DNA of 64,000 nt from an uncultured Gemmatimonadales bacterium (GCA_963716255.1 OY970303.1:800001-864000); one strand, 5' to 3'; positions 1 to 9,598 are shown, counted from the first letter of the stretch. The notes: generated by a model not told the origin, from the letters alone. Numbers and translations: made by a program.

Positions 1-2
1 GC

Positions 3-641
3 GTGCCGCCCGCGAGCCCGGCGACGCGCGGAGGCCGTCCCTGGGGGCGCGTGGTCCGCGCGCGCCTGACGGCGCCCGGCGGGCGCTCCATGACCGAGGT
101 GGAGAGCCCGATCGCCTTCGATTCGGTCGCGGCGGGCGACTCGGCCGCGGCCGCGCCGGACACGGCGACGACGGCGGCGATGCCGCGCGACCGGCTGGGC
201 CCGGCCCGGCTGGGGATGACGGCGGCGGCGCTGCGCCGGGCGGCTCCCGGCGCGCGCGACACCGCCTGGACGCGCGGGGGCGCGGCGGAGCGCGGGGTGG
301 TGGTCCCGCTGGGCGGGAGCGGCCGGGCGGTCGCCCTGCTCGCCGGGGACTCGGTGGAGCGGATCGAGGTGCGCGACCCGGCGGCGCGGACGCGCGAGGG
401 GCTGGGCGTGGGATCGCCCGTGGGTGAGCTTCGCGCGGCGTACGGGACCGCCTGCGCGGACGTGGTGGACGACGAGGTGGTGGTCTGGTTCCCCCGCGCG
501 CCGGGCGTCGGCTTCGCGCTGGACGTGAGGCCGCCGCGGGACCCGCGCCTGGCGCGGGCGCAGCCGGACCGCATCCCCGCCACCGCCCGCGTCACCCGCT
601 GGTGGCTGCGCCGCGGACCGCAGGGCTGCGCTCCGCCCTGA
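3..641 (+). CDS. Hypothetical protein, probably 5'-truncated by the window edge
   Basis: Open frame from the window start with plausible globular composition; followed by a strong hairpin. Confidence 0.55.
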   Translation: MPPASPATRGGRPWGRVVRARLTAPGGRSMTEVESPIAFDSVAAGDSAAAAPDTATTAAMPRDRLGPARLGMTAAALRRAAPGARDTAWTRGGAAERGVVVPLGGSGRAVALLAGDSVERIEVRDPAARTREGLGVGSPVGELRAAYGTACADVVDDEVVVWFPRAPGVGFALDVRPPRDPRLARAQPDRIPATARVTRWWLRRGPQGCAPP

Positions 642-670
642 CGCCGGACGCTCCACCGAACTCCCGGAAC

Positions 671-711
671 GACGAAGCCCCGGCGCCGCTGTGCGGCGCC
701 GGGGCTTCGTC
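671..711. terminator. Hairpin between convergent genes (likely bidirectional terminator)
   Basis: GACGAAGCCCCGGCGCCGC-tgt-GCGGCGCCGGGGCTTCGTC perfect inverted repeat. Confidence 0.7.
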
Positions 712-738
712 TCGTGGGGCGCGGGGATGCCGCGTCGG

Positions 739-1611
739 CTACCCGCGCGCCCGGGCGAGCTTCCCTTCCAGGTTCTTTGCCCACGGCTCGCTGCGCATCC
801 ACGCCGGATCGCGCGGAGAGAACAGGAACACCAGGGAGCCGTTGCTGATGGTGGGGATGAGCCAGCTGGCGCGGCCCTGGTCCATCGCCGGGCATCCTTC
901 GCTGCGGCCGGCCGTACGGGGCGTCACGTACGGCGCGCCGTGCACCACCACGCCGCGGGCGCGGGCGCGGCTGTTGAAGAGCCCCGAGAGGCCGCGGAGC
1001 CGCAGCCCCACGGACCGGTAGCGTCCCCCGCCGGACGAGCCGTTGAAGGCGTAGGTCTCCTGCGTCAGGAACAGCCCCAGCGAGGTGGCGTTGCTTCCCT
1101 GCCGGTTGGAGAACTCTGTCGGCACGCCGTCGCGCGCCGCCGAGCCCCGCCCGTGGGCGACGGCGAACGGGCCGTCCACAACCGTCAGCGCCTCCATGTC
1201 GAACACGTAGCCGCGCGGGGTGCTGCTGTCCAGGCCGTAGTCCACGAAGTACAGGTACGGCTTGCGGACCACCCGCGGGTGCGCGTTCCGGTAGTTGTAG
1301 TAGGCCTGGAAGGCGTAGCGCAGCGCGTCCGGGTGGCTCTGCCTGCGCACCGCGTTCGCCAGCCGGTCCAGCGCGGTCTCCACCCGGCGCGCCGGGGCGT
1401 CGTCGTCCCTGCGGACGGCCGCCGCGAGGGAGCCGAGGGCCCTGCGGGCGACATGCACCGGCAGCGGCGAGGCGTCCGGGGCCTCGCGGGGGCCGTGGAG
1501 GACGGCCGCCGGACGGGTGGCGGCGTACGCGGACGGGGCGGGGAGCGCTACGCCGCTGAGGACGCCCAGGGACAGGGCGACGGCGGCGAGCATGCGCGGG
1601 TGTGGACGCAT
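739..1611 (-). CDS. Murein L,D-transpeptidase catalytic-domain (YkuD_2-type) exported protein
   Basis: Signal-peptide-like N-terminus; VAHGRGS, FSN..GSNATSLG and VVVHGAPYV...GRSEGCPA motifs; start moved to ATG at 1611. Confidence 0.85.
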   Translation of the reverse strand: MRPHPRMLAAVALSLGVLSGVALPAPSAYAATRPAAVLHGPREAPDASPLPVHVARRALGSLAAAVRRDDDAPARRVETALDRLANAVRRQSHPDALRYAFQAYYNYRNAHPRVVRKPYLYFVDYGLDSSTPRGYVFDMEALTVVDGPFAVAHGRGSAARDGVPTEFSNRQGSNATSLGLFLTQETYAFNGSSGGGRYRSVGLRLRGLSGLFNSRARARGVVVHGAPYVTPRTAGRSEGCPAMDQGRASWLIPTISNGSLVFLFSPRDPAWMRSEPWAKNLEGKLARARG

Positions 1612-2050
1612 TGCTCTCTCTGGAGATCTGCGAGCGGATCCGGGCCGCGGGCGGCGCTCGGAAGCTCTGTGGTGTGGGATGGTCGCTCGGACTGCCGGAA
1701 GGCGCGCCTCAGCCGGGGCCGGGGCACCGCCGCGTGGGGTCAATCACCAGCGGACTGCGTGCGAGACGGGCCGGGCGCGCGGGGATCAGCATCGTACGGA
1801 AACGCCGGGGGACCGGCATGCGGAAGAACACATGCGGCGATCCGGTCCCGTGGGAGCCCGGATCACCCGTCACTGCCGCGTTCGATACTGCCGCGCTCGA
1901 TTTGTCTCGGTGCGGAATAATGTATACCGGTCATCGCCTCCGCAAGGGGGCTGCACACGCGGAGCGCGGCGGTCGGGGCCTCCCGGCCGGTCCCGGCGGC
2001 GACGTGGCTCGCGCGATGGGTGGACAGGCCGGGGCCGCGCGCCGGCTGGA

Positions 2051-2860
2051 TCAGTCGGGCGACAGGTCGATCATGCTCTCGCCGTTCACGTACGGCCGGG
2101 TGACGAGGGCTTCCACGTCCTCCAGCCGGCTGAGCACCCCCGCGATCCGCAGCCCCTGGTAGCGGACGCACTCGGCCCACCGGATCCGGTCCTCCTCGGA
2201 AAGGTCCGGCGCGGCCAGCAGGTCGGACACCAGGACGATCCCCGCGAGCGCGTTGTTCACCTCGTGCCGCAGGCCCGTGGACACCTCCTGGAGGGCCCGG
2301 TGCCGCTCGGCGGTCAGGAGCGCCTCCTGCTCCTCCTCCATCTGGCGGAGGAGGGTGCGCAGCTCGATCTCGGTGAGCGCCGAGCGGGCCATCTCCGCCA
2401 CGATGGCGACCTCGTCCTCGGTCCAGCGGCGCGGCCGGGAATCGCTGACGCAGAACGCGCCGAGCGCCTGCCCCTGTGCGTTGACGAGCGGGACCCCGGC
2501 GTAGCTGACGACGCCCATCCGGGTGACGGCGGGGCTGTCGCGGAGCCGGGGGTCGGTGCGCGCGTCCTCTACCAAGAACGGCTGTGCCCTGGCGACGGCG
2601 TACTTGCAGAAGGAGTAGTCGAGCGGGGCTTCCCGCGGCGTGGTCCAGGGGTCCGCGAGGCCCACGCAGCTCTTGATGATCTGGCAGTCCTCGTCCACCA
2701 GCGTCACCATGGTGAGGGGGACTTCCAGCAGCCGGTGGGCGAGCGCGGTCAGCCGGTCGAAAATCGCTTCCACGCCGGCGTCCAGCAGGCCGGAATCGCG
2801 CAGCGCGGCGAGCCTGGCGGGATCGCGCAGGACGGGGTCCAGGTCGGGGTCGGAGCTCAT
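2051..2860 (-). CDS. GAF domain + HisKA phospho-acceptor protein lacking an ATPase domain
   Basis: RLAALRDSGLLD..FDRLT, SFC, YAGVPL...LGAFCVSD..PR (GAF); LRHEVNNAL H-box; ends with no N/G boxes. Confidence 0.8.
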   Translation of the reverse strand: MSSDPDLDPVLRDPARLAALRDSGLLDAGVEAIFDRLTALAHRLLEVPLTMVTLVDEDCQIIKSCVGLADPWTTPREAPLDYSFCKYAVARAQPFLVEDARTDPRLRDSPAVTRMGVVSYAGVPLVNAQGQALGAFCVSDSRPRRWTEDEVAIVAEMARSALTEIELRTLLRQMEEEQEALLTAERHRALQEVSTGLRHEVNNALAGIVLVSDLLAAPDLSEEDRIRWAECVRYQGLRIAGVLSRLEDVEALVTRPYVNGESMIDLSPD

Positions 2861-2993
2861 GGGGCGCCACCGGGGAGAGAGGCCCGGCTCCATCCTGGCG
2901 TTCGCCGGACGGGGGCCAGCTCCCACGATAATGCACGCACCGGGGAATGTCACCAGCGGCGTGATCGAGCCACGTCCCCGCCTTCCGGAAGGC

Positions 2994-3467
2994 TCAGACG
3001 GGGGGCGTGGACAGCGGCGGCTCGCCGGGCGGGTCCGCCGGGCGCAGCGAGGTACGGACGTGGAAGGCCCCCGCCAGCGACTTGTGCACCGGGCACTGCT
3101 CCGCGATGTACAGCAGGCGGTCGCGCTGGGCGTCGTCCAGCACCCCGCGCACCGTGATCTCCCGCTCCAGCTGCGTGAGCTTCGCGTCCGGCTGCTCGCA
3201 CCGCACGCAGTCGGCGGCGTGGTCGCGGCCCTCGCGGAGCGCCACCGTCACCTCCTCCAGCGGCCAGCCTTTCCGCGCCGCGTACATGCGCAGCGTCATC
3301 CCCGTGCAGGCGCCCAGTGCCGCGAGGAGCAGGTCGTACGGGGTGGGGCCGGCGCCCGTGCCGCCCACGGCGGCCGGCTCGTCGGCGGTGAGGCGGAAGC
3401 CTCCCGCGTCGATGTCGGTGCGGTATCCGTCGCCCGCGGTGCGGGTGACGATCTCGGTTCCGGCCAT
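2994..3467 (-). CDS. OsmC family protein
   Basis: ADEP..VGG...GPTPYDLLLAALGACT..TLRMYA and CPVH motifs. Confidence 0.9.
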   Translation of the reverse strand: MAGTEIVTRTAGDGYRTDIDAGGFRLTADEPAAVGGTGAGPTPYDLLLAALGACTGMTLRMYAARKGWPLEEVTVALREGRDHAADCVRCEQPDAKLTQLEREITVRGVLDDAQRDRLLYIAEQCPVHKSLAGAFHVRTSLRPADPPGEPPLSTPPV

Positions 3468-3648
3468 GTGCCTCCGGGGGCGGCGCGGTGTCCGCGTCTG
3501 CGGATCGTGGAGAGCGGAGCGCCGATGCACGCGCCGCCATGCCTTTGCACGGTAACGCGCCCACCCCGAGTCGGCCAGGATCGTGTCCCGCCGCCGTCAG
3601 CTTCCTCGCGTACCGCTGCCGCCCCATGCGCTCGCTAGCGCCACCTTA

Positions 3649-4705
3649 GAGCCGTTCCCGAAAGAGATTAGAGCAAGTAGCCGCAGTGCTGGAACCAGCC
3701 GTGGGCATCCTCAGCCGTGATGCGGTCGAGGAGTTCGGCCAGTGCGCTCTCCAGCGCCTCCATCGAGCGGGCTGCCGCCGTACGCAGGAGGGTCTTGAGC
3801 TTGCTCCAGGCCTGCTCGATCGGCGCGAAATCGGGCGAGTAGGGCGGCAGGTAGAGCAGACGCAAGCCTGCCGCGTGGAGCTTCTCGCGCACCTTCGGCA
3901 CCAGATGCGGCTTCAGGTTGTCCAGGACCACGATCGCACCGGGCTTCTTCTCCACCAGGTCGGGGATCAGAACCTGATCGAGGTAAGCGAGGAAGACCGG
4001 CGTATCGGTGGCCGCTGGAATGCTCATGACGCCGAGCAGCCCCTCCAGGGCGAGCCCGCCCAGGATCGTCAGCCGCTTGTAGTTGCCGAACGGCACGCTG
4101 CCTCGCGCCCGCGCTCCGGGAGCGGCACGGGCGTAGCGGCGCACCATGTGGGTGTCGATGCCGCTCTCGTCCACGAAGACCAGAGCCCGCACGTCGACTC
4201 CGGCAATCGTTTCGCGGAACTCGGCCCGCTTCTGCTGAACGTCGGATCGGTCCTGTTCAGCGGCTCGCAGCGTTTTTTTTCCGCGGTAGCTTCAGCTTCT
4301 GTAGCGCACGGTGGAGTGCCGAACGGCTCACACTCACCCCCATGCGTTCTTCCACCAAGGCGCGATACTCCTTGATGGTGCGGTCATTCGCTTGCTCGAC
4401 CATGTCCGCCAATTGCTTCATCCGCTCTTCATCCAGCCTCGGCTGCGGTCCGCCTGCGTGCGGGAGAGGCGCCAAGGTGGCGTCCTCCTTCCAGCGCCGA
4501 AGCCAAATGTAGAGCGTGGCCTCTCCGATCTCGAATTGCCGGGCCACCTCGGCGCGCGTCATCTCTCCCTTCAGTGCCGCGGAAACAGCACGTTGACGCA
4601 AATCTGCTGAGTAAGGTGCTGCCATCGTACTCCTGTGCAGTCCTGAGACTTAAAACTGCACCCGTTACCCTTGCGGCGTCCTATTGGTCCACCTGGGAAC
4701 CGCTC
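3649..4705 (-). mobile_element. IS630-family insertion sequence
   Basis: Terminal IRs GAGCCGTTCCC / GGGAACCGCTC flanked by TA at 3647-3648 and 4706-4707; two transposase ORFs inside. Confidence 0.9.
3668..4625 (-). CDS. IS630 transposase: HTH ORF 4257-4625 and DDE ORF joined by a probable -1 frameshift
   Basis: YSADLRQR HTH start; FVDESG, LDNL and LPPYSPDFAPIE DDE motifs; A8 slippery run at 4273-4280. Confidence 0.9.
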
Positions 4706-4720
4706 TAAAAACAGCATCTA

Positions 4721-5113
4721 CTACCTGGACCGGCCCCACGTCAGCCTCCACAGTCCGCGCGCCGAGAGGATGACGGAGAAGAGCGCGGTCACGCCGAGCG
4801 CGATGAGCGTCCAGATGAAGAAGAAGGCTCCGCCGGAGCTGGCGATGGGCCCGTCGACGCCGACCCCCGTCCCCCTCATGTGCAGGACGGGGATGCCCAG
4901 CCCGAGGAGCGCCCCGAGGAGCATGACGACGTACCCGGACCGCCGCTCGGCGAGCACCAGCGCTCCGTACAGCCAGACGACGCAGATGGGCAGCGCCGTG
5001 AGGTTCCAGAGCCCTCCCTTCTCGAACCCGCGGACGATGTCGTCCGCCAGGTGGAACGTGAAGAGGAGGATCGAGAGCAGGGATGCGATGGTCAGCATGG
5101 CGCCTTGTTTCAT
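4721..5113 (-). CDS. Small multi-pass membrane protein
   Basis: About four hydrophobic segments; directly downstream of the DUF2306-like gene. Confidence 0.7.
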   Translation of the reverse strand: MKQGAMLTIASLLSILLFTFHLADDIVRGFEKGGLWNLTALPICVVWLYGALVLAERRSGYVVMLLGALLGLGIPVLHMRGTGVGVDGPIASSGGAFFFIWTLIALGVTALFSVILSARGLWRLTWGRSR

Positions 5114-5116
5114 CGC

Positions 5117-5836
5117 TCACCTCGCGTGCGTGGCGGGCGCCAACGGATCGTGCCGGACGAGCACCGGCAGCGGGCGGCGGCCGCGGACCCTCCACAGCCA
5201 GTAGAACATCGCGCCGAACAGCAGCAGGATCGGCAGCGCGCGCATCGGCCCCGTCGTGAACGGCTCGGGAAGGACCTTCGCCACGCGCTCCTGGATGGAA
5301 AAGAACGACCCGGCCGCGATGAACAGCGCGAAGCACATCCGCCACAGGTGGCGCGCCAGGCGCGGTCCGCCGCGCGGCGCGCCGGATCGCAGGATGCGCA
5401 GGTCCCCCGCCGCCGCCAGGAGGAGGGCGGTGGCGAGGACGAAGGACATCACGCCGATGGTGCGGAACGGGACGCCGCCGGGGGAAAGGAGTGGGCTGCC
5501 GATCATCCGGACACCGCCCACGATCGCCAGGAGCGCGAGTCCGACCGCGACCGTCAGCGCCGCCGCATTGATCCGGCGGGTCCAGGAAGATGCGGGACGG
5601 ACTGTCGTCCACGCCGTGCCGACGAAGTAGGCGGTCAGGACGGCCGCCACCACGTTCCCGTCGGCGAGACCATTGCGGAGCCCCAGGATGGCGGCGCTGG
5701 TGCTCATGACGAGCATGGCCCCGACGAACAGCAGGCCGCTGCGGCGGTGGAGGGTCCCGCCCTTCTTCGCCAGCAGGGCGACGGCGCCGAGAATGATGGC
5801 GAGCCCGCCCGCGGCGATGTGGACCGGCAAGAGCAT
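5117..5836 (-). CDS. DUF2306-like membrane protein
   Basis: HIAAG, KKGGTLHRRSG and RHLWRMC motifs, multiple TM segments; GGAGGA RBS before ATG 5836. Confidence 0.75.
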   Translation of the reverse strand: MLLPVHIAAGGLAIILGAVALLAKKGGTLHRRSGLLFVGAMLVMSTSAAILGLRNGLADGNVVAAVLTAYFVGTAWTTVRPASSWTRRINAAALTVAVGLALLAIVGGVRMIGSPLLSPGGVPFRTIGVMSFVLATALLLAAAGDLRILRSGAPRGGPRLARHLWRMCFALFIAAGSFFSIQERVAKVLPEPFTTGPMRALPILLLFGAMFYWLWRVRGRRPLPVLVRHDPLAPATHAR

Positions 5837-6058
5837 GTGTCCTCCTCGGGATGAGCAGCCTCGACGGAGTGTTCCAGGCTGCCGGGAGACGTTGCGAGCA
5901 ACGAAGGCGAGGCCTGGTGACGGATGTCGATCAGGGAGATCGACCCGGGACGGTCCGGAGTCGCCGGAGCTGCGCCGTCGGCGACGCGGTGCTTCGGCCT
6001 CCACCGTCCTCGTGCGAAGCAAGTTTGCGGGGGGCGCCCTCGGGAACAACCGGATTGC

Positions 6059-6088
6059 GACGAAGGGCGGAATCGTGCGGACGAGCGG
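6059..6088 (-). promoter_or_regulatory. Putative LytTR binding site (two 9-mers, 21-bp period)
   Basis: GACGAAGGG at 6059 and GACGAGCGG at 6080, upstream of the DUF2306-like gene. Confidence 0.55.
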
Positions 6089-6091
6089 CGG

Positions 6092-6880
6092 CTACATCTG
6101 CCTGAACAGGTGCACGAAGCTGCGGCTCACGGGCAGCACCTCGCCGCGACCCCTGAGGTGGATCTCCGCCGTCTCGTTCTCATGCCGCTTCACGTGGCGG
6201 ATCGAGCGCAGGTTCACGACGACCGAGCGGTGGACCTGCGCGAACTTCTCCGGATCGAGCTTCTCGAGCAGCTCCTTGAGCGGCGTCCGGACCACCGCCT
6301 CGGCGGGCTTTCCCCCGTCGCGCCAGGCGACGAGCGTGTACTTCGCGTCGGACCGGAGGTAGTCGACGTCGTCGATCGCGATGAGGCGCACGGTCATCCC
6401 CGACTGTGCCCGGATCCAGCGCAGCGGCTCGCGCCGGCCGCCGCCCTGCAGCATCGCGAGCTGGGCGCTGAGCTGCTGCAGGAGCTGCTCCGTGTTGACC
6501 GCGGGCCTCGACGACCGCAGCCGTTCCTCGAGACGGCTCACGGTCTCCGCGAGCCGCGCCTGTTCGACCGGCTTCAGGAGGTAGTCGAGCGCGCCCTGCG
6601 CGAAGGCCTGCACCGCGTAGTGGTCGTACGCGGTGACGAACACGACGTGCGCGCGGCGGCCTATGTGGTTCGCGGCATCCACGCCGGAAAGGCCCGGCAT
6701 GTGGATGTCGAGGAAGCAGATGTCGGGATGCCGCTCCTCGAACAGCCGCACCGCCTCCCGCCCGTTGCGCGCCTCGGCCACGATCTCGAGCTCGGGCCAG
6801 ACCTCCGCGAGCTGGCGCCGCAGCGCGTCGCGCAGCAGCGGCTCGTCGTCGGCGATCAGCGCCGTGGCGTGGGCGCTCAT
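6092..6880 (-). CDS. LytTR-family response regulator
   Basis: REC (ADDE, FLDIHMP, FVTAYD, YLLKP) plus LytTR (FAQVHRSVVVN, LPVSR). Confidence 0.95.
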   Translation of the reverse strand: MSAHATALIADDEPLLRDALRRQLAEVWPELEIVAEARNGREAVRLFEERHPDICFLDIHMPGLSGVDAANHIGRRAHVVFVTAYDHYAVQAFAQGALDYLLKPVEQARLAETVSRLEERLRSSRPAVNTEQLLQQLSAQLAMLQGGGRREPLRWIRAQSGMTVRLIAIDDVDYLRSDAKYTLVAWRDGGKPAEAVVRTPLKELLEKLDPEKFAQVHRSVVVNLRSIRHVKRHENETAEIHLRGRGEVLPVSRSFVHLFRQM

Positions 6881-7932
6881 GTCCGTGCCGGCATGTCGAC
6901 TTCGACGGCGACACCGCGGGGCGAGCCGGATGTCAGGCGCAGCTGCGCCGCATCGCCGAAGTTCAGCCTCAGCCGCTCGCGCAGGGTCGTCAGCCCGGTC
7001 CCCAGACCGTTCGCCGACGAACGGAGTCCGACCCCCGTGTCGGTCACGCGGACCACGCAGCGCTCGCCGACCCGCTTAATGTCGATGTCGATCCGGCCGC
7101 CTTCTTCGCTGGGGTCGATCCCGTGCCGTACGGCATTCTCCACCAGGGTCAGCAGCGTGGTCGGGGGGCAGCGAAGCTCCAGCGCCGCCGGGTCGACGCG
7201 CATCGCGTACTGCAGGCGATCGGGGATGCGCATCTGCATCAGCTCGAGGTACGGCCGGACGAGCTGCAGCTCGCGCTCGATCGTCGCCACGGGCTCGTGG
7301 AGCTGCGGCACCGCCGCGCGGAGGTACTGGACCAGGCTGCGAAGCACGGTGGACGCCTGCGGCGAGCGCGCATCGACGAGTGCCTGCACGTTCGCGAGCG
7401 TGTTGAAGAGGAAGTGCGGGGCGACGCGCGCCTGGAGCAGGTGCAGCCGCGCGTCGAGCGCCTGCCGCTCGAGCTCGCTGCGTTCCAGCGCGAACGCGAG
7501 CTCCTGGTGGCGGGCGAAGGCTTCCTTCTGCCGCACGACCGCCGCGAGCGCCGTCCACGGCGCGATGAGGAGGGCGAGGTGGGTGAGGAGCATCCAGTCG
7601 TGGTGCTCCAGGTATGGCGGAGCGCCCGGTGGAGGAGGGTAGTACATCGCGAACAGCGTGATCGGCACGGAAGCACCCACGGCGGCGACCTGGAGGACCC
7701 ATCGCTGGAACCAGGGCGGCAGCCTCCGGGGCCACGCTTCGAAGAGCACGAAGGCGGTCGTCGCCGACAGGCCCAGGATGATGGCGCGGACGAAGAACGA
7801 GGACGGATCGCTCTTCGCCAGGTTGTACAGCAGGAGTCCGACGGCGGTGGAGATCGTCATCGCGACGGCGGCGCGACGCGCCGTCTTCGCGATGATGCCC
7901 ACCGGTCTCGCGGCCGCCGCCTCTTCGGTCAT
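6877..7932 (-). CDS. LytS-type membrane sensor histidine kinase
   Basis: LQARVAPHFLFNTL, LVENAVRHG, DTGVG, GTGL; N-terminal TMs; start uncertain. Confidence 0.9.
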   Translation of the reverse strand: MTEEAAAARPVGIIAKTARRAAVAMTISTAVGLLLYNLAKSDPSSFFVRAIILGLSATTAFVLFEAWPRRLPPWFQRWVLQVAAVGASVPITLFAMYYPPPPGAPPYLEHHDWMLLTHLALLIAPWTALAAVVRQKEAFARHQELAFALERSELERQALDARLHLLQARVAPHFLFNTLANVQALVDARSPQASTVLRSLVQYLRAAVPQLHEPVATIERELQLVRPYLELMQMRIPDRLQYAMRVDPAALELRCPPTTLLTLVENAVRHGIDPSEEGGRIDIDIKRVGERCVVRVTDTGVGLRSSANGLGTGLTTLRERLRLNFGDAAQLRLTSGSPRGVAVEVDMPART

Positions 7933-8100
7933 CGCCGCTCGGGCTCCCTTCATCGTGGCTGCGATCAGGCCGGAGGCTCGCATCCCCTTCGCGGCCCGGA
8001 TCACCTCACGGGCGAGTTTCCAGAGCAGGACGGGAGGCGCCGATTCGTGAACAGAGACCACGAATATGCGCCGCGGGTCACGAGAGTGACAGCGCTTTGC

Positions 8101-8130
8101 GATGAACGGCGGATTCCCGCGCATGAACCG
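8101..8130 (-). promoter_or_regulatory. Putative LytTR binding site upstream of the kinase (autoregulation)
   Basis: GATGAACGG at 8101 and CATGAACCG at 8122 (21-bp period). Confidence 0.55.
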
Positions 8131-8253
8131 CGAAAACAACCTCTGGAGGACCGGCGGCTTGTTTGCACCGACGAAAGGCCCGACAACGAACGAGTCGTTG
8201 CCGGGCCTCAGCTCAATCAGAACAGGAGATTACGGGACGTTTCCGACGGGTAG

Positions 8254-8327
8254 TGGGCACTGAGGGATTCGAACCCCCGACCCCCTGTGTGTAAGACAGG
8301 TGCTCTAACCAGCTGAGCTAAGCGCCC
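8254..8327 (-). tRNA. tRNA-Val(TAC), CCA not encoded
   Basis: GGGCGCTTAGCTCAGCTGGTTAGAGCACCTGTCT-TAC-ACACAGGGGGTCGGGGGTTCGAATCCCTCAGTGCCCA. Confidence 0.97.
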
Positions 8328-8587
8328 TTCTCCCGGTCCCTGCCCTGCCAGATGATCCCCAGCGGGATCAGCACCACGTACCCCAGCACCAGCAGCGCCG
8401 GCGCCAGGTCCACGGAGCCGCCGTTCAGCAGCACGTACCCGAGGACGATGCTCACCAGCCCCGCGGCGAGCAGGATCCAGTTCTGCAAGGAGAACCGGAC
8501 CGTCCCCTCGCCGTCGGTGCGGGAAGCGGCCGCCGAGCTGGAAGCGGCGGGCCGGCGCGGGCTCTGTGCGGGCGTAGGTCTGGGCAT
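8318..8587 (-). CDS. Small two-TM membrane protein (DUF3098-like)
   Basis: F...NWILL..G...I..GY and LAP.LLV.GY..LIP.GI pattern. Confidence 0.7.
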   Translation of the reverse strand: MPRPTPAQSPRRPAASSSAAASRTDGEGTVRFSLQNWILLAAGLVSIVLGYVLLNGGSVDLAPALLVLGYVVLIPLGIIWQGRDREKGA

Positions 8588-8596
8588 GGGCGAAAC

Positions 8597-9598
8597 CTAT
8601 TCCAGGGGATATTGGACGTCAACCCCGTCCTCACGGGGCGGCGGGAGCATCCGTTCCTCCAGCCTCATCTCCGCCAGGCGGGCCCGGTCCCGCCGCCGGC
8701 GGAGCGCGAAGAGCACCACCAGCAGCCCCGCCGCGAGCACCCAGAACACCCCCGCCTGCGCGCCGACGAGGAGCCAGCCGTAGCGGCGGCGCACCCCGCG
8801 CGCCCACTCCTCCTCGAACTGCCCCATCGTCATCCCGTACGCCGAGCGGATCGCGCGGTCCAGCGTCCCCTCGCGCTTCCAGGCCTGCATCAGCAGCTCG
8901 AACCCGCCCGGCCCGCTGCGCTCCGCCAGGTGGCGCACCGCCGTCGCCGAAAGCAGGTAGGCGAGCCGCGCGTCCTCCTCCCCCGCCGGCCAGTCCAGCG
9001 AGATCGAGTCCAGCGGCGGCGCGCGCCCGGTGAGGAACGCCAGCCGCAGCTGCCACCCCGCTGACGCGTCCCACCCGCCCGAGGCCCACTGCGCGTACCC
9101 CTCGTCGAACCAGCGCGGCACGTTCTCCCCCAGCTCGCGGTGCACGGCCAGGTGGAGCAGCTCGTGGCGGAGCGTGGTCCCCAGGTCGCGGGGCTCCGAG
9201 CGCGGCGTGGCGTACAGGGGGAGGACGACGAGGCGCGCCGCGGGGAAGGCCACCCCGGCGCCCCACTCCGGGATGCGCCCGCCGGTGACCGAGTCCCACA
9301 CGGCGCGCGAGGGCGCCAGCACGATGGTCGCGGGGATGGGGCGGCGCGCGTCCGGGAAGCCGGGGAGCGGGAACGGTTCCAGCGAGGCCGCCAGCACCTC
9401 CTCCGCGCGAGGGCGGCTCCCGGGAAAGAACACCACCCGCACCGAATCCGCCATGAGCACCTGCCCTCCCCCGCCCGCCGCCGCCGGGGCCTGCGCGAGC
9501 GCCGCGCCCGCCCAGGCGAGCGCGAGCAGCAGCGCAGCGGTCAGGCGGAAAAGGATACCGGCTCCCCCGCTTCCAGGCGCGCCAGGGCCTCGCCGCAC
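8597..9598 (-). CDS. Peptidase MA-like gluzincin metalloprotease with signal peptide and C-terminal TM
   Basis: LRHELLH...PRWFDEGYA; start approximate (GTG 9598). Confidence 0.8.
   Translation of the reverse strand: MRRGPGAPGSGGAGILFRLTAALLLALAWAGAALAQAPAAAGGGGQVLMADSVRVVFFPGSRPRAEEVLAASLEPFPLPGFPDARRPIPATIVLAPSRAVWDSVTGGRIPEWGAGVAFPAARLVVLPLYATPRSEPRDLGTTLRHELLHLAVHRELGENVPRWFDEGYAQWASGGWDASAGWQLRLAFLTGRAPPLDSISLDWPAGEEDARLAYLLSATAVRHLAERSGPGGFELLMQAWKREGTLDRAIRSAYGMTMGQFEEEWARGVRRRYGWLLVGAQAGVFWVLAAGLLVVLFALRRRRDRARLAEMRLEERMLPPPREDGVDVQYPLE

Noticed and set aside
1620..2050. c-di-AMP (ydaO) riboswitch ahead of the L,D-transpeptidase gene
   Set aside because: Conserved ydaO segments could not be found on the minus strand
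3600..8253. Prophage or ICE integrated at tRNA-Val
   Set aside because: No integrase, phage genes or duplicated tRNA 3' end seen
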